This document shows positions 1 to 9,641 of a stretch of 64,000 nucleotides of DNA, in pieces (position 1 is the first letter of the stretch; each line of letters opens with the position of its first letter). The notes under the pieces were generated by a model that did no database searches, had not been told where the DNA came from, and saw nothing but the letters and a program-made list of their open reading frames with translations. Location of the stretch: the IMG/VR virus record IMGVR_UViG_3300044624_000801, positions 2,924 through 66,923 of that record. One strand, 5' to 3'. A program made the translations under genes and the position numbers. This DNA is from a virus.

Positions 1-600
1 GATGCCGACCATGTTATTATCTCAACCGACAGCGACTTCGTGCAATTGATTGCGCCCAATGTTAAGCAATATAATGGTGTTGCAGAAACGTTGACTACGC
101 ACACTGGTATATTTGACAAAAAAGGTCGGCTGGTTGTAGATTCCAAGACTAAAGAACCCAAGTCTATACCCGATCCAGAATGGCTGCTATTTGAAAAATG
201 TATTCGCGGTGACACCAGTGACAATGTGTTTAGTGCATACCCCGGAGTGCGTAAAACCAAAATGAAAGAAGCATTTGAAGATCGTAACAGCAAAGGATTC
301 GCGTGGAACAATCTCATGCTTCAGAGATGGGTGGACCACGAAGGCAAAGAACACAAAGTTTTAGATGACTACAACCGTAATGTACAACTTATTGATTTAT
401 CTGCACAGCCAACAGCAATCAAGACTATAATTAAAGAAACTATAGATATACAGACAACAGATCCAAAAAATGTAGATCAAGTAGGAATTAGATTGTTAAA
501 ATTTTGTAATCTGTTTGATTTGCAACGTGTTGCAGACAACATTCAGCAGTATGCGCAACCTTTTCAAGCAAAATATGTATCAGACAACCCATCAGTATGA
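1..600 (+). CDS. rnh: RNase H / 5'-3' exonuclease (T4 rnh-like), 5'-truncated by window edge
   Basis: The frame is open from base 1 (DADHVIISTDSDFVQL). It carries the STDxDFxQL and GDxSDNV..YPG motifs of FEN/5'-nucleases and a C-terminal YNRNxxLIDL. Confidence 0.85.
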   Translation, partial: DADHVIISTDSDFVQLIAPNVKQYNGVAETLTTHTGIFDKKGRLVVDSKTKEPKSIPDPEWLLFEKCIRGDTSDNVFSAYPGVRKTKMKEAFEDRNSKGFAWNNLMLQRWVDHEGKEHKVLDDYNRNVQLIDLSAQPTAIKTIIKETIDIQTTDPKNVDQVGIRLLKFCNLFDLQRVADNIQQYAQPFQAKYVSDNPSV

Positions 601-633
601 ATACTACCGTGTAACTAAGGAAATAAAAAATAA

Positions 634-1110
634 ATGAATATAACAGCAAAACCCATTGTAGATGGTAAATTTTGGATAGTTGAAGAAGATGGTGAAAAAG
701 TGGCTACCTTGCACAAAAAAGAAAACAACAAATTTATGTTGAGTTCTAAAACAGGCGAAGCCACATTTAATAAAAAAGATGATCTAATAAGAAGATTTGG
801 CAAAGATTTTTTTCAATCTAAAATTAAAAGCGGGCCGCCTAGTGCGCAGGACAATGACGTACATACATTTCCCTCAGCGTCTAAGCCATATAATGCCATG
901 TACGATGTTCAGAGAAAATTGCCGCTGTATACCAAAAGTTCTCAAAGCAAAAGTTTATATTGTGCAGGATATTATGCCATTCAGTTTAACAAAGGATGGG
1001 TCAAAAGTTTTTGTCCTAAATTAATTACTGTAGAAAGATATCCTTACAAAGGACCATATCGAACAGAACTAGAATTAAAACAGGTGTTGAGCAATGTCAA
1101 ACCCGATTAA
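634..1110 (+). CDS. hypothetical phage protein
   Basis: 158-aa ORF with AAGGA upstream, tightly packed with its neighbours. Confidence 0.7.
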   Translation: MNITAKPIVDGKFWIVEEDGEKVATLHKKENNKFMLSSKTGEATFNKKDDLIRRFGKDFFQSKIKSGPPSAQDNDVHTFPSASKPYNAMYDVQRKLPLYTKSSQSKSLYCAGYYAIQFNKGWVKSFCPKLITVERYPYKGPYRTELELKQVLSNVKPD

Positions 1111-1339
1111 TACCTATCCTATAACGTCTCTAATACAACAGATAAAAGCAGCGGATATCAGCCAACAAAAAGAGATTAGAATAGACATAAAGAATGCAAA
1201 ATTGTTGTCTTATGCGTTGGGAGAAATTCTTAGCAAAGTCAATCAAGACTACGAATTGTTGTTAAAAAATCTACAAAAAAGCACAGGTGACACTGTTACT
1301 GTACAATTAGACGGGGGTGGGTTTTCTAATCAGCAGTAG
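1094..1339 (+). CDS. hypothetical phage protein
   Basis: 81-aa ORF overlapping the upstream gene. Confidence 0.65.
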   Translation: MSNPINTYPITSLIQQIKAADISQQKEIRIDIKNAKLLSYALGEILSKVNQDYELLLKNLQKSTGDTVTVQLDGGGFSNQQ

Positions 1340-1346
1340 ATAAATA
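1339..1346 (+). promoter_or_regulatory. T4-type late promoter variant (GATAAATA)
   Basis: 7/8 match to TATAAATA in the intergenic gap before the GGAG RBS of the ORF at 1370. Confidence 0.5.
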
Positions 1347-1369
1347 TATACGTAGTTTATGGAGAACTT

Positions 1370-1654
1370 ATGAGCAGACCAAAGCCACGTATATTATTAG
1401 AATATGTCAACAAGAAAAATTACAAGTGCGAGCAAATACTCGATGCTGATGCTATTTGGGCGGTGTTTTATAAAGAAAAACCATTTAACTTAAAAAGTTT
1501 TAACAGTTTAGTAAACTATCCTGGCCCAAAATATAAAAAAGTAAGTTTCAGCAATCCCGGACATGCTGTTAATCTTGCTAAAAAATTGAACAGTCAATTT
1601 CAATGTCAAGATTTTACTGTAGCGGTGCTGACCAGCGGCACCACACTTAAATGA
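1370..1654 (+). CDS. hypothetical phage protein (basic)
   Basis: 94-aa ORF with a GGAG RBS. Confidence 0.75.
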   Translation: MSRPKPRILLEYVNKKNYKCEQILDADAIWAVFYKEKPFNLKSFNSLVNYPGPKYKKVSFSNPGHAVNLAKKLNSQFQCQDFTVAVLTSGTTLK

Positions 1655-2046
1655 TTACTCAAGAACTTTATACCAAAATGTTCTTAAAAGAGTGGGGCAA
1701 AAGTGTTGACCCTGCAAATATTCGCTTGTACAAACACACATGGTGGTTCAACACTAGAACCAAAAAAGAAGGCGGACTACGCCTAACAGACAAGGGATTT
1801 GAGTTTTTAACCGATATATTAGAACTAGCATCCTACGAAGTTCCATTTACAGATCAGATTGAGTTAAGTCCCCAAATTATAATATTTTTGGACAAATTTT
1901 TGGATTGTCCATATTTTTTAGATTATGCAAGTCTAACCGTTTTTTCGGAAAAAAAATCTTTTGAACTTTACATGTTTTCCGACGATATCCGAAAATATGG
2001 GTTAATCAAAGCCATAAACAAACAAAAAAAATCTGAAGAGACTTAG
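1651..2046 (+). CDS. hypothetical phage protein
   Basis: 131-aa ORF with ATGA overlap to the upstream gene. Confidence 0.7.
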   Translation: MITQELYTKMFLKEWGKSVDPANIRLYKHTWWFNTRTKKEGGLRLTDKGFEFLTDILELASYEVPFTDQIELSPQIIIFLDKFLDCPYFLDYASLTVFSEKKSFELYMFSDDIRKYGLIKAINKQKKSEET

Positions 2047-2056
2047 CCAAAATAAG

Positions 2057-2085
2057 TTGACGGGCTCCGTGTTTTGTTATACAAT
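2057..2085 (+). promoter_or_regulatory. sigma70-type early/middle promoter
   Basis: TTGACG (2057-2062), a 17-nt spacer, then TACAAT (2080-2085). Confidence 0.7.
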
Positions 2086-2118
2086 AAGCACTTAAACAGT
2101 TTTTTACAAGGAGCTAGT

Positions 2119-3210
2119 ATGTCAGAAATATCCACCCGTACAGTAGGACCCAAGGCCGCTAAACGTGCCGTCCAAAAAGCATTTAAACATAATCGTCCTC
2201 TATTCTTGTGGGGCCCTCCTGGTATTGGCAAAAGTGAAATTGTTCATCAAATTGGCAAAACAATTGATGCTCACGTGATTGATATTCGACTGAGTCTATG
2301 GGATCCTACAGACATTAAAGGCATTCCTTACTTTGATTCAACTATCAACAAAATGGTATGGGCTCCTCCATCAGAACTGCCAGATGAACAGATGGCAAGC
2401 CAGTATAAAAATGTAATTCTTTTCATGGACGAAATGAATTCGGCTGCTCCTGCTGTACAGGCTGCGGCTTATCAATTGGTGTTGAATCGCCGAGTTGGTA
2501 CTTACAAATTGCCAGATAACGTGCTGATTGTGGCGGCTGGTAATCGTGAGGCAGACAAGGGTGTTACTTATCGTATGCCTGCTCCGTTGGCTAACCGCTT
2601 TATTCACTTGGAAATGAAAGTGGATTTTGACGATTGGTTTGACTGGGCTACTGCCAATCGTATTCACAAGGATGTTGCAGGATTTTTGCAATTCTCCAAA
2701 AAAGATCTGTATGACTTTGATCCTAAAAGTAACAGCAGGTCATTTGCTACACCTCGTAGTTGGACATTTGTATCCGATTTGTTGGCAGACGACGATGGTG
2801 ACGAAAACACTTTGGCAGATTTAATTTCTGGGGGTGTTGGAGAAGGCTTGGCAATCAAGTTTATGGCACACCGCAAGGTTTCAGGCAAACTGCCCAATCC
2901 AAGTGACATTCTTAAAGGTAAGGTTAAGAAAATGGACACTAAAGAAATCTCCGCTATGTATTCATTAACTGTGTCATTGTGTTATGAACTCAAAGACGCT
3001 GCCGACAAAAATGCCAAAGATTGGAACAATCAAGTCAATTGTTTCTTTGAATTCATGATGAATAACTTTGAAACCGAGTTGGTTGTTATGGGTACTAAAC
3101 TTGCATTAACTCAATATCAACTGCCGTTGGATCCGGACGAGATTACCTGCTTTGATGCCTTCCATGCCAAATATGGTAAGTACATTAGTCAAGCAACCGA
3201 ACGCCGCTGA
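2119..3210 (+). CDS. MoxR-family AAA+ ATPase
   Basis: Walker A GPPGIGKS, Walker B ILFMDE, sensor AAGN and arginine finger LANRF. Start set at ATG 2119 after AGGAG. Confidence 0.88.
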   Translation: MSEISTRTVGPKAAKRAVQKAFKHNRPLFLWGPPGIGKSEIVHQIGKTIDAHVIDIRLSLWDPTDIKGIPYFDSTINKMVWAPPSELPDEQMASQYKNVILFMDEMNSAAPAVQAAAYQLVLNRRVGTYKLPDNVLIVAAGNREADKGVTYRMPAPLANRFIHLEMKVDFDDWFDWATANRIHKDVAGFLQFSKKDLYDFDPKSNSRSFATPRSWTFVSDLLADDDGDENTLADLISGGVGEGLAIKFMAHRKVSGKLPNPSDILKGKVKKMDTKEISAMYSLTVSLCYELKDAADKNAKDWNNQVNCFFEFMMNNFETELVVMGTKLALTQYQLPLDPDEITCFDAFHAKYGKYISQATERR

Positions 3211-3226
3211 TCTAATTCAAAATCAA

Positions 3227-3255
3227 TTGACAGGACCTTAGGGTCCTGTTATAAT
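3227..3255 (+). promoter_or_regulatory. consensus sigma70 promoter with hairpin in the spacer
   Basis: TTGACA (3227-3232), a 17-nt spacer, then TATAAT (3250-3255) with an extended TG. The spacer contains the inverted repeat ACAGGACC-ttag-GGTCCTGT. Confidence 0.85.
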
Positions 3256-3280
3256 ATATACATTATACAAAGGAACAATT

Positions 3281-4462
3281 ATGTCTGAATTAGATCCCAT
3301 TGTCGATAAAATTGTTGTGGCTCGAATTGGTCTACTGCTACGTCATCCATTCTTTGGTAACATGGCTACTCGTTTGCGAATTGTAGATGGTAGCGAATGG
3401 TGTAACACTGCCGCAACTGACGGTAGATCATTATTTTACAGTCGAGAATTTTTCCAAGATCTTACTCCAAAACAAGTAGAATTTGTCATTGCACATGAAA
3501 TTTTACACAATGTTTTTGATCACATGATGCGTGTAGAAGGTCGCAATCGAAGCATCTGGAATGCCGCTGCCGACTACTGTGTCAATGGACAATTAGTGCG
3601 TGATAAAATTGGGGAAGTTCCACCTAAAATTAAAATTTTCCACGATCCTAAACATTACGGTAAAAGTTGTGAACAAGTATACGACGAAATTTACGATGAA
3701 GAAGATGAGAAAAGTCTTGCCGCATTGGGTCAATTGTTAGACGAACACATTGATTGGGAGAAAGACAGTGACGGCACTAACCGACCCCAACACAGCAAAG
3801 AAGAATTACGAAAAATTCGAGATGAAGTAAAAGATGCAGTGATGCAGGCAGCGAGTGCGGCAGGTGCTGGTAATATTCCGTCATCTGTGTCTCGAATGAT
3901 CAAAGACATGACCGAGTCTAAAATGAATTGGCGGCAAATTATTCGGCAGCAAATTCAAAGCACTATCCGTAATGACTATACATTTGCTCGTCCCAGTCGT
4001 AAGGGATGGCACATTGGTGCAATACTGCCAGGCATGAATTATCTCGAAACAATTGACATTGCAGTCAGTCTTGATATGAGTGGCTCTATTTCAAACGAAA
4101 TGGCACAGGACTTTCTCGGCGAGATTAAAAACATCATGGAAGAATTTAAAGATTACAAAATTAAATTGTGGACATTTGATACTCGTGTGTACAATGAACA
4201 AGACTTTGATGCTCACGGGGGTAGTGATCTTTTAGATTATGATATCCAAGGTGGTGGTGGAACAGAATTCGATGTTAACTGGGACTACATGAAGGAACAT
4301 GATATTAATCCTAAAAAGTTTATCATGTTCACTGACGGATATCCGTATGGTTCATGGGGTGATGAAAACTACTGCGATACTGTATTTGTCATCCACGGCA
4401 ATGAGTCAATTGTTCCGCCATTTGGCACTGTAGCATACTATGACGCAATTACTGAAGATTGA
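3281..4462 (+). CDS. putative metallopeptidase + VWA-like domain protein (DUF2201 type), MoxR partner
   Basis: TAATDG and HEILH (HEXXH) in the N-terminal half; MIDAS-like DMSGS, GGGGT and FTDG in the C-terminal half. Confidence 0.85.
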   Translation: MSELDPIVDKIVVARIGLLLRHPFFGNMATRLRIVDGSEWCNTAATDGRSLFYSREFFQDLTPKQVEFVIAHEILHNVFDHMMRVEGRNRSIWNAAADYCVNGQLVRDKIGEVPPKIKIFHDPKHYGKSCEQVYDEIYDEEDEKSLAALGQLLDEHIDWEKDSDGTNRPQHSKEELRKIRDEVKDAVMQAASAAGAGNIPSSVSRMIKDMTESKMNWRQIIRQQIQSTIRNDYTFARPSRKGWHIGAILPGMNYLETIDIAVSLDMSGSISNEMAQDFLGEIKNIMEEFKDYKIKLWTFDTRVYNEQDFDAHGGSDLLDYDIQGGGGTEFDVNWDYMKEHDINPKKFIMFTDGYPYGSWGDENYCDTVFVIHGNESIVPPFGTVAYYDAITED

Positions 4463-5021
4463 TGCGGATGCGTTCTCGGCGGGTCAAATTGAAAGTAAAA
4501 TTTGGGCCGCTGAGCAATTGGAATCGATTGTTAACGATCTCAATATTAGTCCGCTAAGAATGTATGTTCTCGGTGGCTGGTATTCTCTTTTGCATTTTAT
4601 TCTATCTGTTAGAAAAAACATTGATATTGAGTATTGCAGAAGTGTAGACCTAGATCCCATAGCGTCTTACAATGCCAATAAAATCAACAATGCATGGGAA
4701 ATCAAAGATTGGAAATTTCGTGCTTATCCGTCTGATGCTAATAAATTAGAATACACTTACGATACCGATAAAATTAATTGTGTTGTAAATACCAGCAGTG
4801 AACATTTTAAATCTAAATTATGGTATAGTTTAATTCCCAAGGGAACTTTAGTATTACTACAAGGCAATGATCTTAAAATATCAGATCATGTATCAAGACC
4901 AAAATCATTGAATGATTTTATCAAAACTTATCCATTAACTGATTTAAAATTTTCTGGAACAATGAATTTTCAATTTAAAAATGTGTCTTATAATAGACAT
5001 ATGATTATTGGTATCAAATGA
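4440..5021 (+). CDS. putative SAM-dependent methyltransferase-fold protein
   Basis: VLGGWY glycine motif, SVDLD acidic motif II and VVNTSSEH. Confidence 0.5.
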   Translation: MTQLLKIDADAFSAGQIESKIWAAEQLESIVNDLNISPLRMYVLGGWYSLLHFILSVRKNIDIEYCRSVDLDPIASYNANKINNAWEIKDWKFRAYPSDANKLEYTYDTDKINCVVNTSSEHFKSKLWYSLIPKGTLVLLQGNDLKISDHVSRPKSLNDFIKTYPLTDLKFSGTMNFQFKNVSYNRHMIIGIK

Positions 5022-5290
5022 ATAAACTCAAAGTAAATCCGTTAAATATTTTTGATATTAGACGTGTCCAATTTCCAGCACACCATTTTTTTTACACAGA
5101 CGAAGTTTCAACTACTAATTTAAAAAAAATAGATGACTGGATTTATCGACATCTTAAAGGAAGATATTTTACAGGCGATGGGCTTGTACTACATAACAAT
5201 ACCATTGAATATATCCATAAAATTGGATTTGAAGTTGAAAAAGAATTAAGTTTCTTCAAACTTGCCTGTCCGCATTTAGTACATAGATAA
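5018..5290 (+). CDS. hypothetical phage protein
   Basis: 90-aa ORF with ATGA overlap. Confidence 0.65.
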   Translation: MNKLKVNPLNIFDIRRVQFPAHHFFYTDEVSTTNLKKIDDWIYRHLKGRYFTGDGLVLHNNTIEYIHKIGFEVEKELSFFKLACPHLVHR

Positions 5291-5311
5291 TTAAAGTAAA
5301 GGAGATGTCAT

Positions 5312-5545
5312 ATGACTGAAAACACAACACAAGAACCAACACAACAACCAATCCCTCCAGAAGGTACTGCACCACCGGCTGACAACGATTTAAATATCAG
5401 CGATCTCAATGCTATGAAAATGATCATTGATGTTGCCAGTACACGCGGTGCCTTTAAGCCTAGTGAAATGGTCTTGGTAGGACAAACGTACAACAAACTA
5501 GTGAATTTTTTAAATTCCGCACAGAAAGGACCAGCAAATGGTTGA
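5312..5545 (+). CDS. hypothetical phage protein
   Basis: 77-aa ORF with a strong AAGGAG RBS. Confidence 0.75.
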   Translation: MTENTTQEPTQQPIPPEGTAPPADNDLNISDLNAMKMIIDVASTRGAFKPSEMVLVGQTYNKLVNFLNSAQKGPANG

Positions 5546-6107
5546 ACTTAAACATGTAGGCAGAGTCAAAGCCACAGGCAAAAAATGTCTTGTGGCCTAT
5601 CGAACACTGCCAGGCGATGCATATCACGCCGTTATTATTCCTACTGAAAATTTACCAGATAGTTATCACGATGCACTGATTCAACTGGTAGAATCTAGTT
5701 CAGCACAGGATAGTTATGAACTGGCTGATGTATTGAGCAGAACTAATTTTCCTGATGGTTCGACAATGTTGGCAGCACTACATACACAAGGCCGTATGGT
5801 TCGTGTTCCTACTAGCGATATCTCAATGACACCTACACTGAGTGAAAGCATTAATCTTGACGAACTCAATGCGTTAATTGCCGAACAACGTGGTATTGCT
5901 ATAGATGATCTTCATGTTAAATCTGAAAACTCACAAACTGAGATCAAAGAAATAGTAGAAGTAAAAGACATTACTCCTCCTAAAGATGAAGAACACATGA
6001 CTTCTGTTGATCGTGCAGCCAAATATAGAAGTGAGGCTGATAGATTATACAAAGAAGCAGCTAAACTTAGAAAAATGGCTTTAGAATTGGATCCAAAAGA
6101 AAAGTGA
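5538..6107 (+). CDS. hypothetical phage protein
   Basis: 189-aa ORF with AAGGA RBS and a C-terminal coiled coil. Confidence 0.75.
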   Translation: MVELKHVGRVKATGKKCLVAYRTLPGDAYHAVIIPTENLPDSYHDALIQLVESSSAQDSYELADVLSRTNFPDGSTMLAALHTQGRMVRVPTSDISMTPTLSESINLDELNALIAEQRGIAIDDLHVKSENSQTEIKEIVEVKDITPPKDEEHMTSVDRAAKYRSEADRLYKEAAKLRKMALELDPKEK

Positions 6108-6421
6108 TTTTAAAAAAAACTTTGCCTAAAGAAGTAATAGATCATTGGCCTGAAGTTTTTGGAGAAATTAATTTAAAAGTTATTCCAATAAAATATTTGG
6201 ATTCAATACTCATTAGTTTTAAAGACGGCAGATCCTGGAGTATCTCTGTGAGATCAAAACTTAGGGGCAATGATTCTTCGAAAGTAGAAGCAGAACTTCA
6301 AGAATTTTTCACTGCATACGACGATGCTATTAGTAATATTGATTTCAAACTAGATACCGAAAAAGTAAAACGTGATATATTAAAGATCACAGGTAAATTT
6401 TTAAAGAAAAGAAAATTGTGA
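6104..6421 (+). CDS. hypothetical phage protein
   Basis: 105-aa ORF with GTGA overlaps at both ends. Confidence 0.65.
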   Translation: MILKKTLPKEVIDHWPEVFGEINLKVIPIKYLDSILISFKDGRSWSISVRSKLRGNDSSKVEAELQEFFTAYDDAISNIDFKLDTEKVKRDILKITGKFLKKRKL

Positions 6422-7110
6422 AAATACAACTGGTAAGTCATAGTCAGCCAACTGCTGAATTTCAGAAACTAAAAATCAATGATGCACAAGATCTTGTAGC
6501 GTATTGTGCCAGAGTAAGTAATCCTGCTAATCAATTTAACACAGAAACCAGTGAAAAACTAATTGGCTACTTAATCAAACATCAGCACTGGTCGCCTCTC
6601 GAAATGGTCAGTATGTGTTTGGAAATCGAAACTACTAGAGACATTGCACGACAAATTTTACGCCATAGAAGTTTTTCGTTTCAAGAATTCAGTCAACGTT
6701 ATGCTGATCCCACAGCAGAGATGACCGAAGCGTTTGTTGTTCGTGAAGCAAGATTTCAGGACACAAAGAATCGACAAAACAGTGTTGAGTTTGATATGAA
6801 CGACGAAAGCCAACGTTTACTGGCTATTGAATGGGAACGTGCTCAAAAACGAGTATTATACACTGTTGAGAAAGAGTACAAATGGGCCATTGCTAACGGC
6901 ATTGCTAAAGAACAGGCTCGTGCTCTATTGCCAGAAGGACTTACTATGAGTCGTATGTATATGAACGGAACATTACGTTCATGGATTCATTATATTGAAC
7001 TGCGTAGTTCTAATGGCACACAGAAAGAACATATGGAAATTGCTAAAGAATGTGCAGCGGTAATCAGCACAATATTTCCGCTGGCTAAAAAATTGCTTAG
7101 TGAGCAATAA
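6418..7110 (+). CDS. thyX: FAD-dependent thymidylate synthase
   Basis: ThyX signature RHRSFSFQEFSQRY, plus HWSPLEM and KEQARALLP. Confidence 0.96.
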   Translation: MKIQLVSHSQPTAEFQKLKINDAQDLVAYCARVSNPANQFNTETSEKLIGYLIKHQHWSPLEMVSMCLEIETTRDIARQILRHRSFSFQEFSQRYADPTAEMTEAFVVREARFQDTKNRQNSVEFDMNDESQRLLAIEWERAQKRVLYTVEKEYKWAIANGIAKEQARALLPEGLTMSRMYMNGTLRSWIHYIELRSSNGTQKEHMEIAKECAAVISTIFPLAKKLLSEQ

Positions 7111-8110
7111 ATAATTTAGGATATGCTTCTTTAAACTGACTATGCAGCCATGCATAGTCATTTATTTTGGCTATTTTTAGTGTATCTAAACTATTAGATA
7201 ATGCATACTTATTGCCAGCCTTGGCTCCTAACACTGCATAGCCTCCATTGGGTTTAGAGAGACCTTTGGTCATCCAGATTTTTAATCTTTCTTGACTATC
7301 AGCGTCGTCTTGTAGTGTTAGTTTAACTGCTTCTCTAAATCCTGTGCGCCATGCAATATAGGGGCGGTTTCCGATACAATGTATGCTAGCTAATTCTGAT
7401 AAAATTTTTATCTGGTCACTTAGACTTGTAGTAATATCAACTTTGCCTGTGTGTTCAATATCAAATAAAAACTTTGGTAATAATTTAATGCCACCATTAC
7501 CATATACTGCATCATTGATATCGTTTTTACTGTGCCATATATGCACAACATCAAATTCTACAGGATCAACTTTATAAGTAAACTTAAAGTTTTCTAAAAC
7601 TATTGTATCAGCATCTACGACCCAGAAATGACTAGTTGACGACTTAATAGCCGCCACTTTATGAGCTGCATATATACCTTTTACACCGTCTACTCGTTGT
7701 GCAGTTGGGAATCGATTTTTTAATATGTGAAAATGTTCGTTAGCAAACGGTTCGCCGCAACTTATAAAAAAGATATCGTATTCTGGTTGTTTATAAAATA
7801 CTGATGTAGATTCTATAATTTTTTTATTTTCAAATTCGCCATACGAATCTTTTTTAAATTTGTATCTATAGGGAATTAAGTATAATCCTTTAACACCATT
7901 ATTTTCAAATTGATGTATGTAAGTTTCGTCCCACTCGTTGATAACAAACTTTAAAGAAAAGTTTACGTCTAAAGTAACATTATAATCAACATACCAACAA
8001 TATTTTGTAGAATAACAATCGTCAATTGATTCTACAGGAATTGCATTAGGATACTTTTCAAGTAGCATTGATGCCGCCTTGCTATTTTTTTGATAAAAAA
8101 TATCAATCAT
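7097..8110 (-). CDS. glycosyltransferase-like protein (GT-A fold), paralog of 8107-9027
   Basis: VVDAD DxD motif. Shares YDI..S..EP, GVKG..AAHK, YGNGG.KL and AWR.GFRE.VK with its neighbour. Confidence 0.6.
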   Translation of the reverse strand: MIDIFYQKNSKAASMLLEKYPNAIPVESIDDCYSTKYCWYVDYNVTLDVNFSLKFVINEWDETYIHQFENNGVKGLYLIPYRYKFKKDSYGEFENKKIIESTSVFYKQPEYDIFFISCGEPFANEHFHILKNRFPTAQRVDGVKGIYAAHKVAAIKSSTSHFWVVDADTIVLENFKFTYKVDPVEFDVVHIWHSKNDINDAVYGNGGIKLLPKFLFDIEHTGKVDITTSLSDQIKILSELASIHCIGNRPYIAWRTGFREAVKLTLQDDADSQERLKIWMTKGLSKPNGGYAVLGAKAGNKYALSNSLDTLKIAKINDYAWLHSQFKEAYPKLFIAH

Positions 8111-9027
8111 TCTTTTTCCAAAAATCCATAATTTGATCTATTAGAATTTTTAAAGACACCTTTGAAAAATTTACTGGCATCCGCATCTAGATCACAAATT
8201 TCAAGATCTAATCGTTTCTTCAATTCATTGCCATAAAAAGTAATTTTATCAGACAATTCTTCTGTTGTCATACCGTTGACTTCTTCATTCCAGAAATCTG
8301 TTAAGTATTCAAAGTCTCTAACTTGTATGTAATCCCAATCAGTGCAATTGGTCATATAGCAACCTTGACGAGCTCCTAATATAGCCCATTCACCGTTGTC
8401 AGAATCTTTACCGATGTTAAGCCACACTAATAAACGTTGCATATTTTTCCAATGTATACTGGTCTTGAATGTTCTATTTTCTAAACGAACACCTCTTTCT
8501 AATGACATCTTTACACCTTCACGAAATCCTGCTCGCCATGCTTGGAACGGACTAGCATTATTATAAACATCACTGAAGCATCTATTCATCTGTATGTATT
8601 CAGCATCCCAACAAAAATCCACCTGTGCATTAGGATCGTCGGCGGGTGCGTTTTCATGAGTTTTCATGTCTAAAACATATTGTTTTGGCCATAGTTTTAA
8701 TCCGCCGTTGCCATACATAAGTCCGTTGACTACATTATAACCTGCCCACGATATAACGCACTTTGATAAATCTTTGTGCTCATCAAAGTTTACTTCTTGA
8801 TTAAGGAAATCTTCTCGTATAACGTTATCACCATCTACAGTGACAAAACGATCTGTTTCACTGAGATTTGCACAGGCTTTGTGTGCGGCATCGCTGCCTT
8901 TGACTCCGTGGATACGTTTTGCCCAAGGCACTTTTGCCAACAAGTCTGCATAATTTTTTTCAGCGTTCGGTTCGTCGTAGCTGAGATAGATAATGTCGTA
9001 ATCAAGAATTTTAACTGTTTGAGTCAT
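8107..9027 (-). CDS. glycosyltransferase-like protein (GT-A fold)
   Basis: TVDGDN DxD motif following the GVKGSDAAHKAC helix, typical of GT2-like nucleotide-sugar binding domains. Confidence 0.6.
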   Translation of the reverse strand: MTQTVKILDYDIIYLSYDEPNAEKNYADLLAKVPWAKRIHGVKGSDAAHKACANLSETDRFVTVDGDNVIREDFLNQEVNFDEHKDLSKCVISWAGYNVVNGLMYGNGGLKLWPKQYVLDMKTHENAPADDPNAQVDFCWDAEYIQMNRCFSDVYNNASPFQAWRAGFREGVKMSLERGVRLENRTFKTSIHWKNMQRLLVWLNIGKDSDNGEWAILGARQGCYMTNCTDWDYIQVRDFEYLTDFWNEEVNGMTTEELSDKITFYGNELKKRLDLEICDLDADASKFFKGVFKNSNRSNYGFLEKE

Positions 9028-9641
9028 GGCGCAATTAATCCGTATGATTTAAAAAATGGTTTAGTATAAAATTTTATTTTGTTTGACGATTGTTCTGTCA
9101 ATGTGACGTGATCTATATATACAGTGTCATTGTATGCTAAATCAATAGTGTCAATTTTGATTGTACGTATTAGATAACTAGCATTCTTTAAAAATGTTAC
9201 ATAGAATTCTAACTTGGAATTAATCTTATATTTTTTTATATACGATTTTTCTTCTTCGTTGAGTTTAAATGCCCATTGTTTAGTATTGGTATTATTCTTA
9301 ATAGATAATGCACCAGCAAAAGATTTCAACACAGGGATTTGTAATAACACTCGTTGATCATCATTTTGTGCATCTTTTTGCACAATCTTAGATTCTGTAG
9401 GACTAGTATATGATACTCGATAGGTAGAATAATTTATTTTACCACTTAGAAAATCTTCAATATCCGTAGATGGAACTTCTATATGATGAGAATAAGCCGA
9501 GTTAACTTCATTTGTGATAGCGTAAATATCACCAGTAATGTTATCAAAATATATTTTATAAAGACCGTTGCTCTCAGTAGAACTAGAAATTCGAAGAATT
9601 TCTTCGTCTGTAATAATTGTGTTGTCGTGTTCAGCCAGCAT
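9024..9641 (-). CDS. hypothetical protein within glycosyltransferase cluster
   Basis: 205-aa ORF overlapping both neighbours. Confidence 0.7.
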   Translation of the reverse strand: MLAEHDNTIITDEEILRISSSTESNGLYKIYFDNITGDIYAITNEVNSAYSHHIEVPSTDIEDFLSGKINYSTYRVSYTSPTESKIVQKDAQNDDQRVLLQIPVLKSFAGALSIKNNTNTKQWAFKLNEEEKSYIKKYKINSKLEFYVTFLKNASYLIRTIKIDTIDLAYNDTVYIDHVTLTEQSSNKIKFYTKPFFKSYGLIAP

